Positions 27,010 to 39,572 of a stretch of DNA of 64,000 nt are shown piece after piece (within the stretch, counting starts at the first letter, position 1; every line of letters starts with the position of its first letter). Made by a program: the position numbers and the translations under genes. Source of the stretch: Octopus vulgaris. Lineage: Eukaryota. The notes under the pieces were generated by a model that was not told the origin of the DNA, searched no databases, and was given only the letters and a program-made list of their open reading frames with translations. Where the stretch lies: assembly GCA_951406725.2 (NCBI GenBank), contig OX597817.1, positions 114,018,001 to 114,082,000 of the forward strand. Direction: 5' to 3'.

Positions 27010-27245
27010 TTATGCATACACACACACACACAATTTATAAATGTAATACATATAAACATCATATACATAATTATATAAGAATGTATGCATGTGTGTGTAT
27101 GCATTTATATAAATATATGTATGTGTATATATGTGTATGTAAATGTATATATATATATATGTATGTATATATATGTGTATGTATATGTAAATGTGTATAT
27201 ATATATATATGTTTGTATATATATATATATATATGTGTGTGTATG

Positions 27246-27286
<41 letters not shown>

Positions 27287-27331
27287 ATATATGTATATAT
27301 ATATGTGTGTGTGTATGTATATATATATGTG

Positions 27332-27362
<31 letters not shown>

Positions 27363-27365
27363 GTA
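27010..27365. repeat. Compound (TA)/(TG) microsatellite
   Basis: Directly visible. Confidence 0.95.
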
Positions 27366-28415
27366 ATATTTAGTGTTATTGTCCAATAAAGATTGGAGAA
27401 AAAACAGCAAAACAATTATTGATGGTGTACTATGTTATTTATAGTCAAATTAAGTGGGAGTTCAAGTTTTGCCTTAGCAGTCAACCAGTGAATATGTTTA
27501 CAAGAATTGTTTTGTTTTGTTTTATATATATGTATACACACACTTCCCCCACCTATATTAACTAATGAATAATAAAGGATCAGGAATCACATACTCAACT
27601 TCAGTAGCTTACAGTTGTGTCTTTTGAATGTATCTGAGGAAGCTATAGAATGATGCACAAGCATTCAGCTCAGAATGCACTGCTTATTGTAGCAGAAACA
27701 ATTGTAAGCTAATGAAAATGTTTTCATGATTCCTGTCCCTTGTCACCCATTAATTAATATTATGCTTTGTAGTTCACCTAACATATTACTCTGAAGCATA
27801 TGTGTATCAAGTTCAGTTGGTTATTAGTATCACTTATACTTGAGTGAAATCATAATATGTATATAGAAAATTATATTACATACTTACATGTGTGTGAGTG
27901 TGTGTGGTTAGGAGTTTTACTTCAGAATCATTGGCTGTAGACTTTGTTAGTTGATGTCTTTTGCTATAGCTCTGGGTTTGTCAATGCCCTTTGAGTGAAA
28001 TTTGCTTGTGTGTCTGTGAGAGAGAAAGAAAGTGTGATTGAGTATGTGTGTGACTGTCTCCCTTCATCTTGATGTATGGAGGCTGATTGTAAACAAAAGT
28101 CACTGCTATACAAATTCATTTGTTTAAAATCTTCTGTTGTTGGCGTTTGAGCTGTTTGTTATTTTAATGATTAGAAGTATTAGAAACAGGTATGGTTTTG
28201 TGACAGGAGGAGCATCTGACTATAGAGAAATCTGCTCCAACAAGCTTTACTGATGAATGCAAGCATAGAAAAGTGGATAGTAAAATGATGATGATTTATA
28301 AATTAATTTTGCATGGAAAAATTTTGATAGTAACTTCAAAGTGTTGGTTTACTAGTTTGGCTTTTAAATATATATGTGTGTATGAGTAAATGTAAGGATA
28401 AATAAGTTAAGCAAG

Positions 28416-29507
28416 TCATCATCATCCTCATCATTATTTTTAACGTCCGCTTTCCATGCTGGCATGGGTTGGACGGTTTGACTGAGGACTGGTGAGCCAG
28501 AAAGCTGCACCAGGCTCCAATCTGATCTGGCAAAGTTTCTACAGCTGGATGCCCTTTCTGATGTCAACCATTCCGAGTGTAGTGGGTGTTTTATGTGCCA
28601 CTGGCATGAGGACCAGTCAGGCTCAAAAGGTGTTTTTTATGTGCCACCTGCACAGGAACCAGTCTGGCAGCACTGGCAATGACCATGTTCGAATGTTGTT
28701 TTTGATGTGCCAGTAAGGCGACACTGGCAATGACCATGCTTGAATGGTGCTTTTTATATGCCACCGGCATGGGAGCCAGTCGGTGGCCCTGGCAACAGTC
28801 ATGCTCAGATGGTGCTTTTAACGTTCCACTGGCATGAGTGCCAATCAGGCGGTACTGTCATCGGTCACATCAGCGATTTTGATTTCATTAGCCTCAACAG
28901 GTCTTTGCAAACAAAGTTTATTGTCCAATGAATGAAGGGTACTCATAAGTGGGCTGGTTATACACTACTGGCAGAGATCACTGGTTATGGTCTCACTTGG
29001 CTTGTTGGGTCTTCTCAAGCACAGCATATCTCCAAAGGTCTCTGTCACTAGTCATTGCTTCGGTGAGGCCCAATGTTCGAAGGTCGTGCTTCACCACTTC
29101 ATTCCAGGTCTTCCTGGGTCTTCCTCTTCCACAAGTTCCCTCAACTGCTAGGGTGTGACACTTTTTCACCCAGCTGTCCTCATCCATTCGCAACATATGA
29201 CCATATCAGCACAATCATCTCTCTTGCACACCACATCTGATGCTTCTTAAGTCCAACTTTTCTCTCAGGGCGCTTACACTCTATCGTGTATGCTCACTGA
29301 CATTACATATCTAACGGAGCACACTGGCTTCATTCCTTGCAAGCTTAAGCATGTCCTAAGCAGTAATGGCCCATGTTTCACTGGCTGTTCATACACATGC
29401 ATCATACAGTCTACCTTTTACTCTGAGCGAGAGGCCCTTTGTCACCAGCAGAGGCAGGAGCTCTCTGAACTTTGCCCAGGCTATTCTTATTCTAGCAGCT
29501 ACACTGT
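28416..29507 (-). mobile_element. RTE-clade LINE, 5'-truncated (RT C-terminal region, 3' UTR, (GAT)n tail)
   Basis: Coding relic followed by the repeat-array UTR and ATG/GAT tail. Confidence 0.92.
28993..29507 (-). pseudogene. RTE ORF C-terminal fragment
   Basis: VAARIRIAWAKFRELLPLLVTKGLSLRVKGRLYDACV*...SETWA...YGHMLRMDEDSWVKKCHTLAVEGTCGRGRPRKTWNEVVKHDL...DRDLWR; in-frame stops. Confidence 0.92.
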
Positions 29508-30169
29508 CAATATATGAAAAATATTAAATACATTTAATACAAAAAATGTAAATACATATACATATAAGAAGGTCTGACTTACACAGAATAGAAACAATAT
29601 CAGGAATTAAAGGGGTTGAATAGGAGTTTTATGAGTCCAACAGCTATTTCTGGGGGCTCTACCTGCTCAAGTTTAAATCTTTTGAGCACTATGGAATGTA
29701 TTCTATACAAAGATTATCTGTCTCTCACCTATAAACTATATATTTTTGGCAGGGTGTTCCATGATCAGTGAAGCAATGCACAGGAAAATTAGGTATGGAA
29801 TAAGTGAATTTACAAGCAGAAAGGAGAAGTGGTTGCTTAGGATGGAGGAATGAAGAAGAAAAAGAAGAAAGTATGTTTGTAGGGTGTGGTGGAGAGAGGG
29901 AAAGATGGTGGAGACAGTTTTTCTGGTTTGATAAGGTTTGCTGTTGTTTGGGCTCAGTTGGACATGTATATAAAGCAAAGTGTTATTAAGTGAATTTGTA
30001 TTGGGGTTCATCCACACCCTACAAATATATACCTTCTTCTTGTCTTTCTCCACCTTACTTTCCTACACAACTACTTTTCTTTCTGTTTACAAACCACAAC
30101 TAATTTTCATATATGTCACTCCACTCACCAAAGGAACACACTGTCATAAATATTATATGTATATAATAA

Positions 30170-30343
30170 GCGTAGGAGTGGCTGTGTGGTAAGTAGCTTG
30201 CTTACGAATCACAAGGTTCCAGGTTCAGTCCCACTGCGTGGCACCTTGGGCAAGTGTCTTCTACTATAGCCTCGGGCCGACCAAAGCCTTGTGGGTGTTT
30301 TTGGTAGATGGAAACTGAAAGAAGCCCATCATATATGTGTATG

Positions 30344-30380
<37 letters not shown>

Positions 30381-30590
30381 ATATGTTTGTGTGTCTGTGT
30401 TTGTCGCCCCAACATCGCTTGACAACTGATGCTGGTGTGCTTACGTCCCCATAACTAAGTGGTTCGGCAAAAAGAGACTGATAGAATAAGTACTGGGCTT
30501 ACAAAGAATAAGTCCTGGGGTTGATTTGCTTGACTAAAGGCGGTGCTCCAGCATGGCCACAATCAAATGACTGAAACAAGTAAAAGAGTA
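30170..30590 (+). mobile_element. SINE family A
   Basis: Full head, body and tail. Confidence 0.92.
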
Positions 30591-32070
30591 TATATATATA
30601 TATGATTTGAAAACCCAAATATTCTAAAATTGGATGATAGCTTATAAGCCTAAACTTTGAAGTTACTCCCAACATTTTCCTTGTAAAAATTGATGTATAT
30701 AATACTTTACTGAAAACTACTAAGCAATCTTTCAATTTACAAGTATTAATATCTATATGTGTGTGTGGGTGTGTATGGGTGTGTGTGCATGTGTGTGTAA
30801 CATTGTAGTTTTAGTTTACAGATTTAATGTCTTAGCAAAGAAACGCCACTTTCGCTGATTCATAGATGGCTTCTCTGAAACAGAAGATTTCAGATCTGTA
30901 AAATACAAATAAATATTTTACTCTACAGTTATATCTAACTCATATAGAATCCTCTTTGATCAAGAATTTTCTGATGTGTGTGTGTTTATATACACACACT
31001 TTTATATATCTTTACACATGCACTGCACATAAACACTCATATAAAAGTGAGAAGAGGGAGAGGGAGAAAGGGAGAGAGAAAAAGAGGAGAGATAGAGATA
31101 GAACATGCTTAGAAAAGGTCTCTACTTGGTAGATTTATTCTAGATTAATTCGTAAAACTATATGTAATTGAAGTGTTCTGTGAAGTTTTGATGGTTTGGA
31201 GGGCCTACTCAATGCCAAATACCAAAAGCCAAATACCAAATGCCAAATACCAAATACACTGACTCAGTACCGAAATATTAGTGAGTTATCCATCCTAGAC
31301 CCCCATCACTCTTTCATTGATCATCATATTTGCTTAATCAGTTTCTAATGCTGTTGTATTTCAATTCGAATAGACATACTAACAACACCATTATTTGTTA
31401 GAGGCAAAAGAAGAAAAAAAAGAAGAAACAGAGGTGAAGACGAAGAATGAAAGAAAAACTAAAAAAAAAAAATCACAATAAATATAATGTAGAAAAAAAG
31501 AAACAAAAAAAAACAGGTAGGCGATAAGGAATACTGGAACAAAATTTGTAAATTCTTATTCGATAAATTGATTAAGTCTGTCTGTGTCTGATTTTGCTTG
31601 TTGGTTTTTAAAGCTGCTTTGTGTGTCTCCATTGAGAGTGTTTGTCAGGTTACTTCAAATGGCTTTTTTTTTTTACAGTTTGTCACAATTTTTACATTGG
31701 TTACCTCTTTGCCATCTGAAGAATGATCAGCTGTAGAAGAGATTGTTGTCAGCGCAAGAAAGAATTCTGGAATTTCTTACAAATTAGACTACTTTTTCTT
31801 TTTTTGTCTTTATGTCTTTCTCTCTCTTCCTCCATCTCTTGCTTAGGCTGTCTTGTTGCATGTGTAGCTTGTGTTATCATGTACACTGTACATTTTGTAC
31901 TTTGTATGTTTTATATGTATATATGTGTGTGTGTGTATATATGTATGTATGTATATAAGTACAGTTGTCACTAAAGTGACAGAAGGTGCCTGTAAGCACC
32001 AGCATTACTAGAAATAAGAGTCAAAACAACTCTTAGCCATGTGAGAGCATTTTTCTAATGGCTGTATATA

Positions 32071-32243
32071 TATATATTTTGTATCACATCTAAACTAACT
32101 ATGACTTAACTATCCTCTCACACCGTCTTCGATGAAGGGATATTATTAATAAATATCCTAGAAACAGCTGTAAGACCTTCTATCTATAAATGCTCTAATA
32201 TCTACACAGCCTTGGTTTTTTATCTTATTACACAAAAAATTCT

Positions 32244-32244
<1 letters not shown>
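32071..32244 (+). mobile_element. Penelope-like pseudo-LTR fragment in (TA)n
   Basis: TA-bounded insert with a hammerhead motif. Confidence 0.65.
32125..32176 (+). ncRNA. Type-I hammerhead-like motif (core UCGAUGA)
   Basis: GUCU-UCGAUGA-A-GGGAUAUU auuaaua AAUAUCCU-A-GAA-ACAGCUGU-A-AGAC; stem I GUCU/AGAC, palindromic stem III. Confidence 0.7.
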
Positions 32245-32274
<30 letters not shown>

Positions 32275-32488
32275 TCTGCAAAGTGGTTGGTGTTAGGAAG
32301 GGCATCCAGCTGTAAAATCCCTGCCAAAACAGACACAGTAGTCTAGGGTAGTTTTTCTACGTGGCCAGCTCCTGTCATCCATCCTACCCATACATGCATG
32401 GAAAATGGATGTTAAACAATGAGGATATATATAGGAACAAGTTAAAGATAATGGTCATTACATATAATTCCTTTATTGAAGCAAATTT

Positions 32489-32586
32489 GCCTTACAGCTG
32501 TTTCCGATAGTCGTTATAGGTACATTATTGATAGGTTTACTCAAATTCAACGACCTAAGAAAATTAATGCAACTTTCATCAGAGCT
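32489..32586 (-). ncRNA. Hammerhead-like motif with canonical CUGAUGA and ~70-nt stem II region
   Basis: AGCU-CUGAUGA-[...GUCGUU...AACGAC...]-GAA-ACAGCUGU-A-AGGC; the sister arm has a perfect stem I (GGCU/AGCC) but a decayed core. Confidence 0.6.
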
Positions 32587-32675
32587 ACTTTTGGAAATAA
32601 CAAGCAGAGCAATTGAAGAATGGCTAGACATGGCTTTGACAAAAGTAGCATTAATTTCCTAAGGTTGTTCAATTT

Positions 32676-33379
32676 ACCTCACTTGAAGCACGACCTTCGA
32701 ACTGAAGCACGACCTTCGAACTTTAGGTCTCACTGAGGAAATGACTAGAGACCGAGTCCTCTGGAAGTGTGCTGTGCGCGAGAAGACCCGGCAGGACAAG
32801 TGAGTCCATAACCCGTGGCCTTCTACATGGGATGGAGCCAGCCTATGTATGCATACCTTCACTTCTTGGGACACAAAACTCTACTTGTGAAGACCTGTTG
32901 AGGCAAGTGAGGATCAGAATCGAAATCGATCAATGGAAATTGCAGATGTGTTACCAGTGCCGGTGGCATGTCGAAACTCTACTTGTGAAGACCCGTTGAG
33001 GCAAGTGAGGATCAGAATCGAAATCGATCAATGGAAATTGCAGATGTGTTACCAGTGCCGGTGGCATGTAAGAGAACCTTCCGTTTCGCGACCGTTGCCA
33101 GCACTGCCCCGTTTCCGTGTCCGTTGCCAGCCTCGCCTGGCCCTCGTGCCGGTGGCACATAAAAAGCACCATCCGTTCGTGGCCGTTTGCCAGCTCTGTC
33201 TGGCACCTGTGCGGGTGGCACGTAAAAAGCACCCACTACACTCTCGGAGTGGTTGGTGTTAGGAAGGGCATCCAGCCGTAGAAACACTGCCAGATTTGAC
33301 TGGGCCTGATGAAGCCTTCTGGCTTCACAGACCAGTAGAACGTCCAACCCATGCTAGCATGGAAAACGGACGCTAAACA

Positions 33380-33444
<65 letters not shown>
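32676..33444 (+). mobile_element. RTE LINE 3' fragment, apparently young
   Basis: KHDLRTLGLTEEMTRDRVLWKCAVREKTRQDK* then UTR with repeat units and a pure (GAT)n tail of about 21 units; CpGs largely retained. Confidence 0.92.
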
Positions 33445-33586
33445 CAATAGACCATTTGAGTAAACCTATCAATAATGTAGCTATAATGATTACTGGAAAC
33501 AGCTGTAAGCCAAATTATATGTAAAGACCATTATTTTTAACTTGTTTCTGATACAGCACTCTGTAAAACCCAGATATGAGCAGTAA

Positions 33587-34374
33587 CTCAACTATGAGTT
33601 ACTGCTCGTATCTGTTAACACTTAATAATTACAATATTAATACTGAATAAGGTAGCAAGTTGACAGAATCATTAGGACTCTGGTTAGAATGCCTAGCATC
33701 ATTTCATCCAGCATTATGATCTGAGTTTAACTTCCATCAAGGTTGACTTTGCCTTTCATCCCTTTAGGGGTCAAGAAAATAAGTACCAGTTGAGAACTGA
33801 TGCTTATGTAATCAACTTATTCACTCCCCTAAAACTGCTGCCTTTGTACCAAAATTTGAGACCAATATTAACACTGAATAATTTCAATATGATAATCATA
33901 TTAACAAATAATTACACATAACTCCAAGTTTCCTTTAAGATCAATAAGACTTACACTCATCAGATGTGCAAGTTTTATATGTAGATTGAACACAGAAAAT
34001 AATGCTGCTGGGGGAGTCCTGTGTGCAAAGCCTTTTGGAAAAGTAAATAAAGAGTTTTTTTTTGTTTTGTAACTATTGAAATTACTCAGTGTTAATATTG
34101 GTCTCAAATTTTGGTACAAAGGCAAGTTTTAGGGGAGTCGGTAAGTTGATTACATAAGCATCAGTACTCAACTGGTACTTATTTTCTTGACCCCTAAAGG
34201 GATGAAAGGCAAAGTCAACCTTGATGGAATTTAAACTCGGAACATAATTTTGGATGAAATGCTGCTAGGCATTCTAACCAGAGTCCTAATGATTCTGTCA
34301 ACTTGCTACCTTATTCAGTATTAATATTGTAATTATTAAGTGTTAATAGATATGAGCAGTTACTTATAGTTGAG
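33587..34374. repeat. ~300-bp inverted duplication containing a family B SINE plus its flanks
   Basis: 33587-33889 is the reverse complement of 34074-34374, including shared private mutations and non-SINE flank. Confidence 0.92.
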
Positions 34375-36154
34375 GACTGAAGAGTTATTTCCTTGACAAT
34401 GAGGAAGACCAACATAAAGTTTGTGTCAAAAACCAGAAGGGAGGCAGTAGGACAGAAAGTTATACATATGGAGAGAAGGGATTTGAAACAGGGATAGAAA
34501 GAAAGAAAGAGAGAGAAGGAGAAGGGAGAGAGAGATTTGTAGAAGGACGGGGAAAAGAATGAGGAAGAGGTGATTTGCAAAACAAAGAGGGAAGGGGAAA
34601 AAGACAACAAGAAAAGATAAAGGAGGAAAAAGACAACAAGAAAAGATAAAGGAAGAGGAAACATGGAGTCAGTCCTTTTGTTATTGTATTCCTTGTTTTT
34701 CTGTCGAAATGCACTGCCTTTGTTGCAATTAATTTTGAAAACTATGAAGAATTTAGTAAAATGACTTTGTCATTATTAAATTAATGTTTTGAATATAAAT
34801 TTACATGAAATTTTGATGGAAGGATTTTAATAATTTAGATTGCTTTAAAGCAGGAGGTTTGTATCATAGGACCAGGGCAGTTTTGGTTAGGTTGATTTTA
34901 AAAGAGTTAAAAAAACAGAAAGAATGAAGAATTGAATGAATGGATGATTTAAAAAATGAATGAAGCAGTGTACTGAGGACTGACTGCAAGAAGCCTTTGG
35001 GAAGGAATGAGTACTCTATGGTAGGTCTACAATTAAAAGTATTTCATTCATTACCATTTTGTCTTTTATCCTGAGCATAATGTTTACATTATCAAATCAA
35101 ATATATCCTTTCTTTTTGAAAGACAGTGAGGGAGTGTAGATTAAAGGAGATTTTGCTGCTATTTCTAGCAGTTCAAGTGGTTCAGTAGCGACTTCCCGCT
35201 TTTATTTGATTTGTTGTATAATTTATACACATTGGGTATTAGGATGTCTCTTTGTGCTCCGTTTGAAAGTGTTGTATATATTGCCTAAGAAGCTCATACA
35301 AGCTTAATACAAGAAGATTTTCAGGAAACATGATTCAAGGTCACACTCTAATGCCGACAGAAAGATGTCTATATGTTCTAAAAATCTTGCAAGCAAGGCT
35401 GAGTGAGATTATTCTTCCATTAAGCTGAGCAAGCTTCTGATCTTTTCTCATTCTATTCCTTGTCAGAGAATAGACGCTTTTGTGCATAGAAAGCCTTTAT
35501 TTCACTATGGTTGATCCCATCTTATAAAATTCTCTTCTCAGTTTCCACTTAGTCTGTTTTCAGCTGCATCATATATCGTAAATGCATTTCTCTAAAGATG
35601 CCGGAGTGACTCGTTAAATGTAGTGCCAGATTATGGCAGTTGAATGGCAGTGCTTTGTCACATCACAGAGACATGCATTTACACAAACTCACAGGCACAT
35701 ATGTCTACACACTCATACACATATCTGCATGTTCACACATACACACACATACACATGTATATGTAGGTGTGTGTATATACATATACATAGATACATATAC
35801 ATATACATGCACACTCACTCATCTTTATCTATCTACTTAATATATATCAATGTATGTTTGTGTGTATACATATAAGTATACATTTATGTATTTATTTATA
35901 TTTATTTGCACTTCTTTTTTTTTTCTTTCTCTCTCTTTTATATATATATATGTATGTATGTGTGTATGGTATATATTTGCGTGTGTGTGTGTCTGTGTGT
36001 GCACATGCATGTGTACATGTAACTAAATGCACACACAGACATATAGGATAGCTATCTGCACAGATACATGCAATACACAAGCGAAAAATTCAAGTGAGAA
36101 ATCTACACACAAGTGAAAAGTACATATACATGTATGTATTTATTTATGTATGTA

Positions 36155-36189
<35 letters not shown>

Positions 36190-36190
<1 letters not shown>

Positions 36191-37020
36191 TGTATGTTTT
36201 ACAAAATATATGTATTTTTTTCTGTGTACTTAAAGGTGACATAGTGCATCTAGTGCAGCAGTGCTTGCATCTCTCTTGTTTACAGCTTACTGCTAATAGC
36301 TTGCCTATATGGTTGGTGAAGTGGGAAGTAGTCTTTCTTGTATTACATAGTGTGTCCTTCACTATGACAAGACTGTGTAATTGTTATAATAACCATTCTG
36401 CTTCATGTAGTTTGCATCTGTTATTAATAGATGAATTTAGTTCATGAATGAGGATAGTCTTGTTAATCCTCAAATCACCAATGTTCCATTCTGTTGCCTT
36501 GATGGTCAGTGATTTTCTGCATGTGATATTCCTCCATATGTCTCTTAACTGATGTAAGTGTGTAAATATGTTCCTTAATATTGATATGCAGTTTGCAGTC
36601 AGTGCTTCCAATGTAGTAACTGCCACACTCTTTGTAGACTGTTTGGTACATTGCATAGGCTCTTGAGCACATATTCGCATCGTAGATATGGCAGTTGGCT
36701 AGTGTGCACATATCATTACATGCAGATGTGCATTAGTAATTTATAGTAAGAACACCCTTTCTTCAAATACTTGGAGGTTTCTCAAGTAGTAGTTGATAGC
36801 TTCTGTTGCCTATGTGATCTAGTTAACAGCATTGGAAAGTGTCCCAAAAGATACTAGCCAGAATAAGAAAATAGTTCAACATTGCTATTACCTATGCTTG
36901 CAACAAGGTCATTCACTTTCTAAGAGAAGAGTAGATGTTTGTGCATGAAGTGTGATGTTGCATTGTAGTGAAATGGAGGTATTACCTTTTGTTCACTTAG
37001 CTATTTTGTTGAAAATTTAT
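36190..37020 (-). pseudogene. Penelope-like element 3' relic: GIY-YIG endonuclease domain
   Basis: AMYQTVYKECGSYYIGSTDCKLHINIKEH...SVKRHM, then after a frameshift DLRINKTILIHELNSSINNR; bounded by TA-rich runs. Confidence 0.8.
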
Positions 37021-37032
37021 AATACATATACA

Positions 37033-37236
37033 TACTCTTTTACTTGTTTCAGTCATTTGACTGCATCCATGTTAGAGCACCGCCTTTAGTCGAACAAATC
37101 GACCCCAGGACTTATTCTTTGTAAGCCTAGTACTTATTCTATCGGTCTCTTTTTGCCAAACTGCTAAGTTACAGGAATGTAAACACACCAGCATCGATTG
37201 TCAAGCGATGTTGGAGGGACAAGCATAGACTCACAA

Positions 37237-37273
<37 letters not shown>

Positions 37274-37435
37274 CAACGGGCTTCTTTCAGTTTCCGTCTA
37301 CCAAATCCACTCACAAGGCTTTGTTCGGCCCAAGGCTATAGTAGAAGACACTTGCCCAAGATGCCATGCAGTGGGACTGAACCTGGAACCATGTGGTTGG
37401 TAAGCAAGCTGCTTACCACACATCCACTTCCGTGC
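37033..37435 (-). mobile_element. SINE family A
   Basis: Full-length homology. Confidence 0.9.
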
Positions 37436-37740
37436 AGTCAAAATATTCACAAACACGCATTCACACATAGAGATGAATAGACGTAAACACTTTTGTAGAC
37501 TGTGAATTTTCTGACATGCAATCAAAGATGTTTGCTCATACATACTTGCATCCATACACTGCCACATGTATAAACACATGATGCATACATTAACACCCAT
37601 GCTCATGTATGCAAATACAAACATACATGTACACTCACTCATTTGTGCATGCATAAATATGCATGCATACATGTTGTTACATGCATATATGAATGTACCT
37701 GCTTTTATATCTGTGTGTGTATATATTTTGTCTGTGTATT

Positions 37741-38003
37741 TTCTTTTACTCTTTTACTTGTTTCAGTCATTTGACTGTGGCCATACTGGAGTACTGCCTT
37801 GAAGGGTTTTAGTCAAACAAATTGATCCCATGACTTATTTTTAATGCCCAGTACTTATTCTATCAGTTCTTTTGGTGAACTGCTAAGTTACGGGGACATA
37901 AACACACCAACACCAGTTGTCAAGCAGTGATGGGGGGACAAATACTGTCACAAAGTCACACATACATAGATGCATACATGCATGCATGCATACATACATA
38001 CAT

Positions 38004-38038
<35 letters not shown>

Positions 38039-38054
38039 TACATACATACATACA

Positions 38055-38085
<31 letters not shown>

Positions 38086-38245
38086 GATGGGCTTCTTTCA
38101 GTTTCTGTCTACCAAATCCACTCACAAGGCTTTGGTTGGCCTGAGGCTAAGTAGAAGACACTTGCCCATGGGGCTATGCAGTGGGACTGATCTCTGAACC
38201 ATGTGGTTGGGAAACAAGCTTCTTACCGCACAGCCACGCCTGTGT
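37741..38245 (-). mobile_element. SINE family A (older) with (CATA)n
   Basis: Full-length homology. Confidence 0.88.
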
Positions 38246-39011
38246 CTATGTGTAAGTATGTGATAAATGAATGGCAACAGGCAAGCAATGCAAGCCCATA
38301 CCCCATCCATCCACCCACCCATCCACACACAAATGTACCCAGAGAAATGCTCACGAATATTGTAGGGCCTCACACATGACCCTGTAACATTTGTATTTAG
38401 CATGCAGGATGCTCCCTTGGGGTATTTTCCTGCAGTTATATTTTTTATGCATACAAACATATTCAGACACAAATATGCATTCATTCTCATACACAGAGAC
38501 GATATACCTGAGAAGAGACTTGCATCAACATAGATGCAGGAATGCAGATATACACATATGCACATACATACACATGCATATGAAAAATGCACAAACATTT
38601 AAACATGTGCATAATTACAGATGTACATGTATGTATATTCCATGTACACATGCATACATAGAAACATCGGGAAACAAAGCAGTCACATTCATACAACTAC
38701 ACACATATGTCCTTACAAATAGGGACACACACTCACATACATAAAAAAACAGAGGCACACGTTTACATGCACACACTAACACACACACACACACACATAC
38801 AGTTACATATTCACACTCTGAGAGGGACTCATTCACACATACACACATACATATGTATATACATACACACAGACATGCAGATACATATACAATATTTAAA
38901 TAGAGACACATTCACGTTTAAAAATTACACACACACACACACATATACATTCTTATAAAGCAGGACATATATTACAAATACATACACATGGATTTGCATA
39001 TACAGACAGAT

Positions 39012-39046
<35 letters not shown>

Positions 39047-39196
39047 TAGAAATAATGGTACAATCATATGTGCATGCATGTAGTGACATATATATACATG
39101 TTGACATGCTTGCATACATACATCTCAAGTAAAGATATATTCGCACATGTACATATAAACATATGTACAAACATATGCAGAGACACACAATGTATG

Positions 39197-39313
<117 letters not shown>

Positions 39314-39529
39314 TCAAGTAATCAGTGTCAGGCCATGAAAGAAACAAAAGCAAAACAATGTTAAAATAAAACAAACATTAACTAATTACTGAGATCATTA
39401 TTAATTAAACTATGTAAATTTTATGCTGTGTGATAATTATAACAAGAGGTATGTGTGTGTGTGTGTGTGAGGGGAATGGGGGCTCGATGTCGGTTGTGAT
39501 GGGGAGGAACCATATTAGGAAGTGTGTGG

Positions 39530-39572
<43 letters not shown>

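Larger units (their letters stand above)
32433..33548. mobile_element. Penelope-like inverted pseudo-LTR pair, right arm split by an RTE insertion
   Basis: 32433-32586 is the inverted homologue of 32632-32675 joined to 33454-33548. Confidence 0.75.

Noticed and set aside
28580-28840. Apparent stem-1 covariation (TGTGC/GCACA, CATGC/GCATG vs CGTGC/GCACG) as proof of the pseudoknot
   Set aside because: These changes are what CpG deamination produces, so they are not counted as evidence.
29510-30150. Possible further Penelope relic with hammerhead (minus: CUGAUCA...~110 nt...GAAAUAGCUGUUGGAC; KKVYIC peptide)
   Set aside because: Stem I does not pair and the core is mutated; suggestive but too decayed to call.
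31430-31790. Possible host exons (AG|GTAGGC donor, polypyrimidine-CAG acceptor)
   Set aside because: No coherent reading frame or recognisable protein; such signals are common by chance in AT-rich DNA. RNA-seq would be needed.
38330-38435. Minus-strand PQGSIL RT-like motif
   Set aside because: Isolated six-residue match without neighbouring RT motifs.
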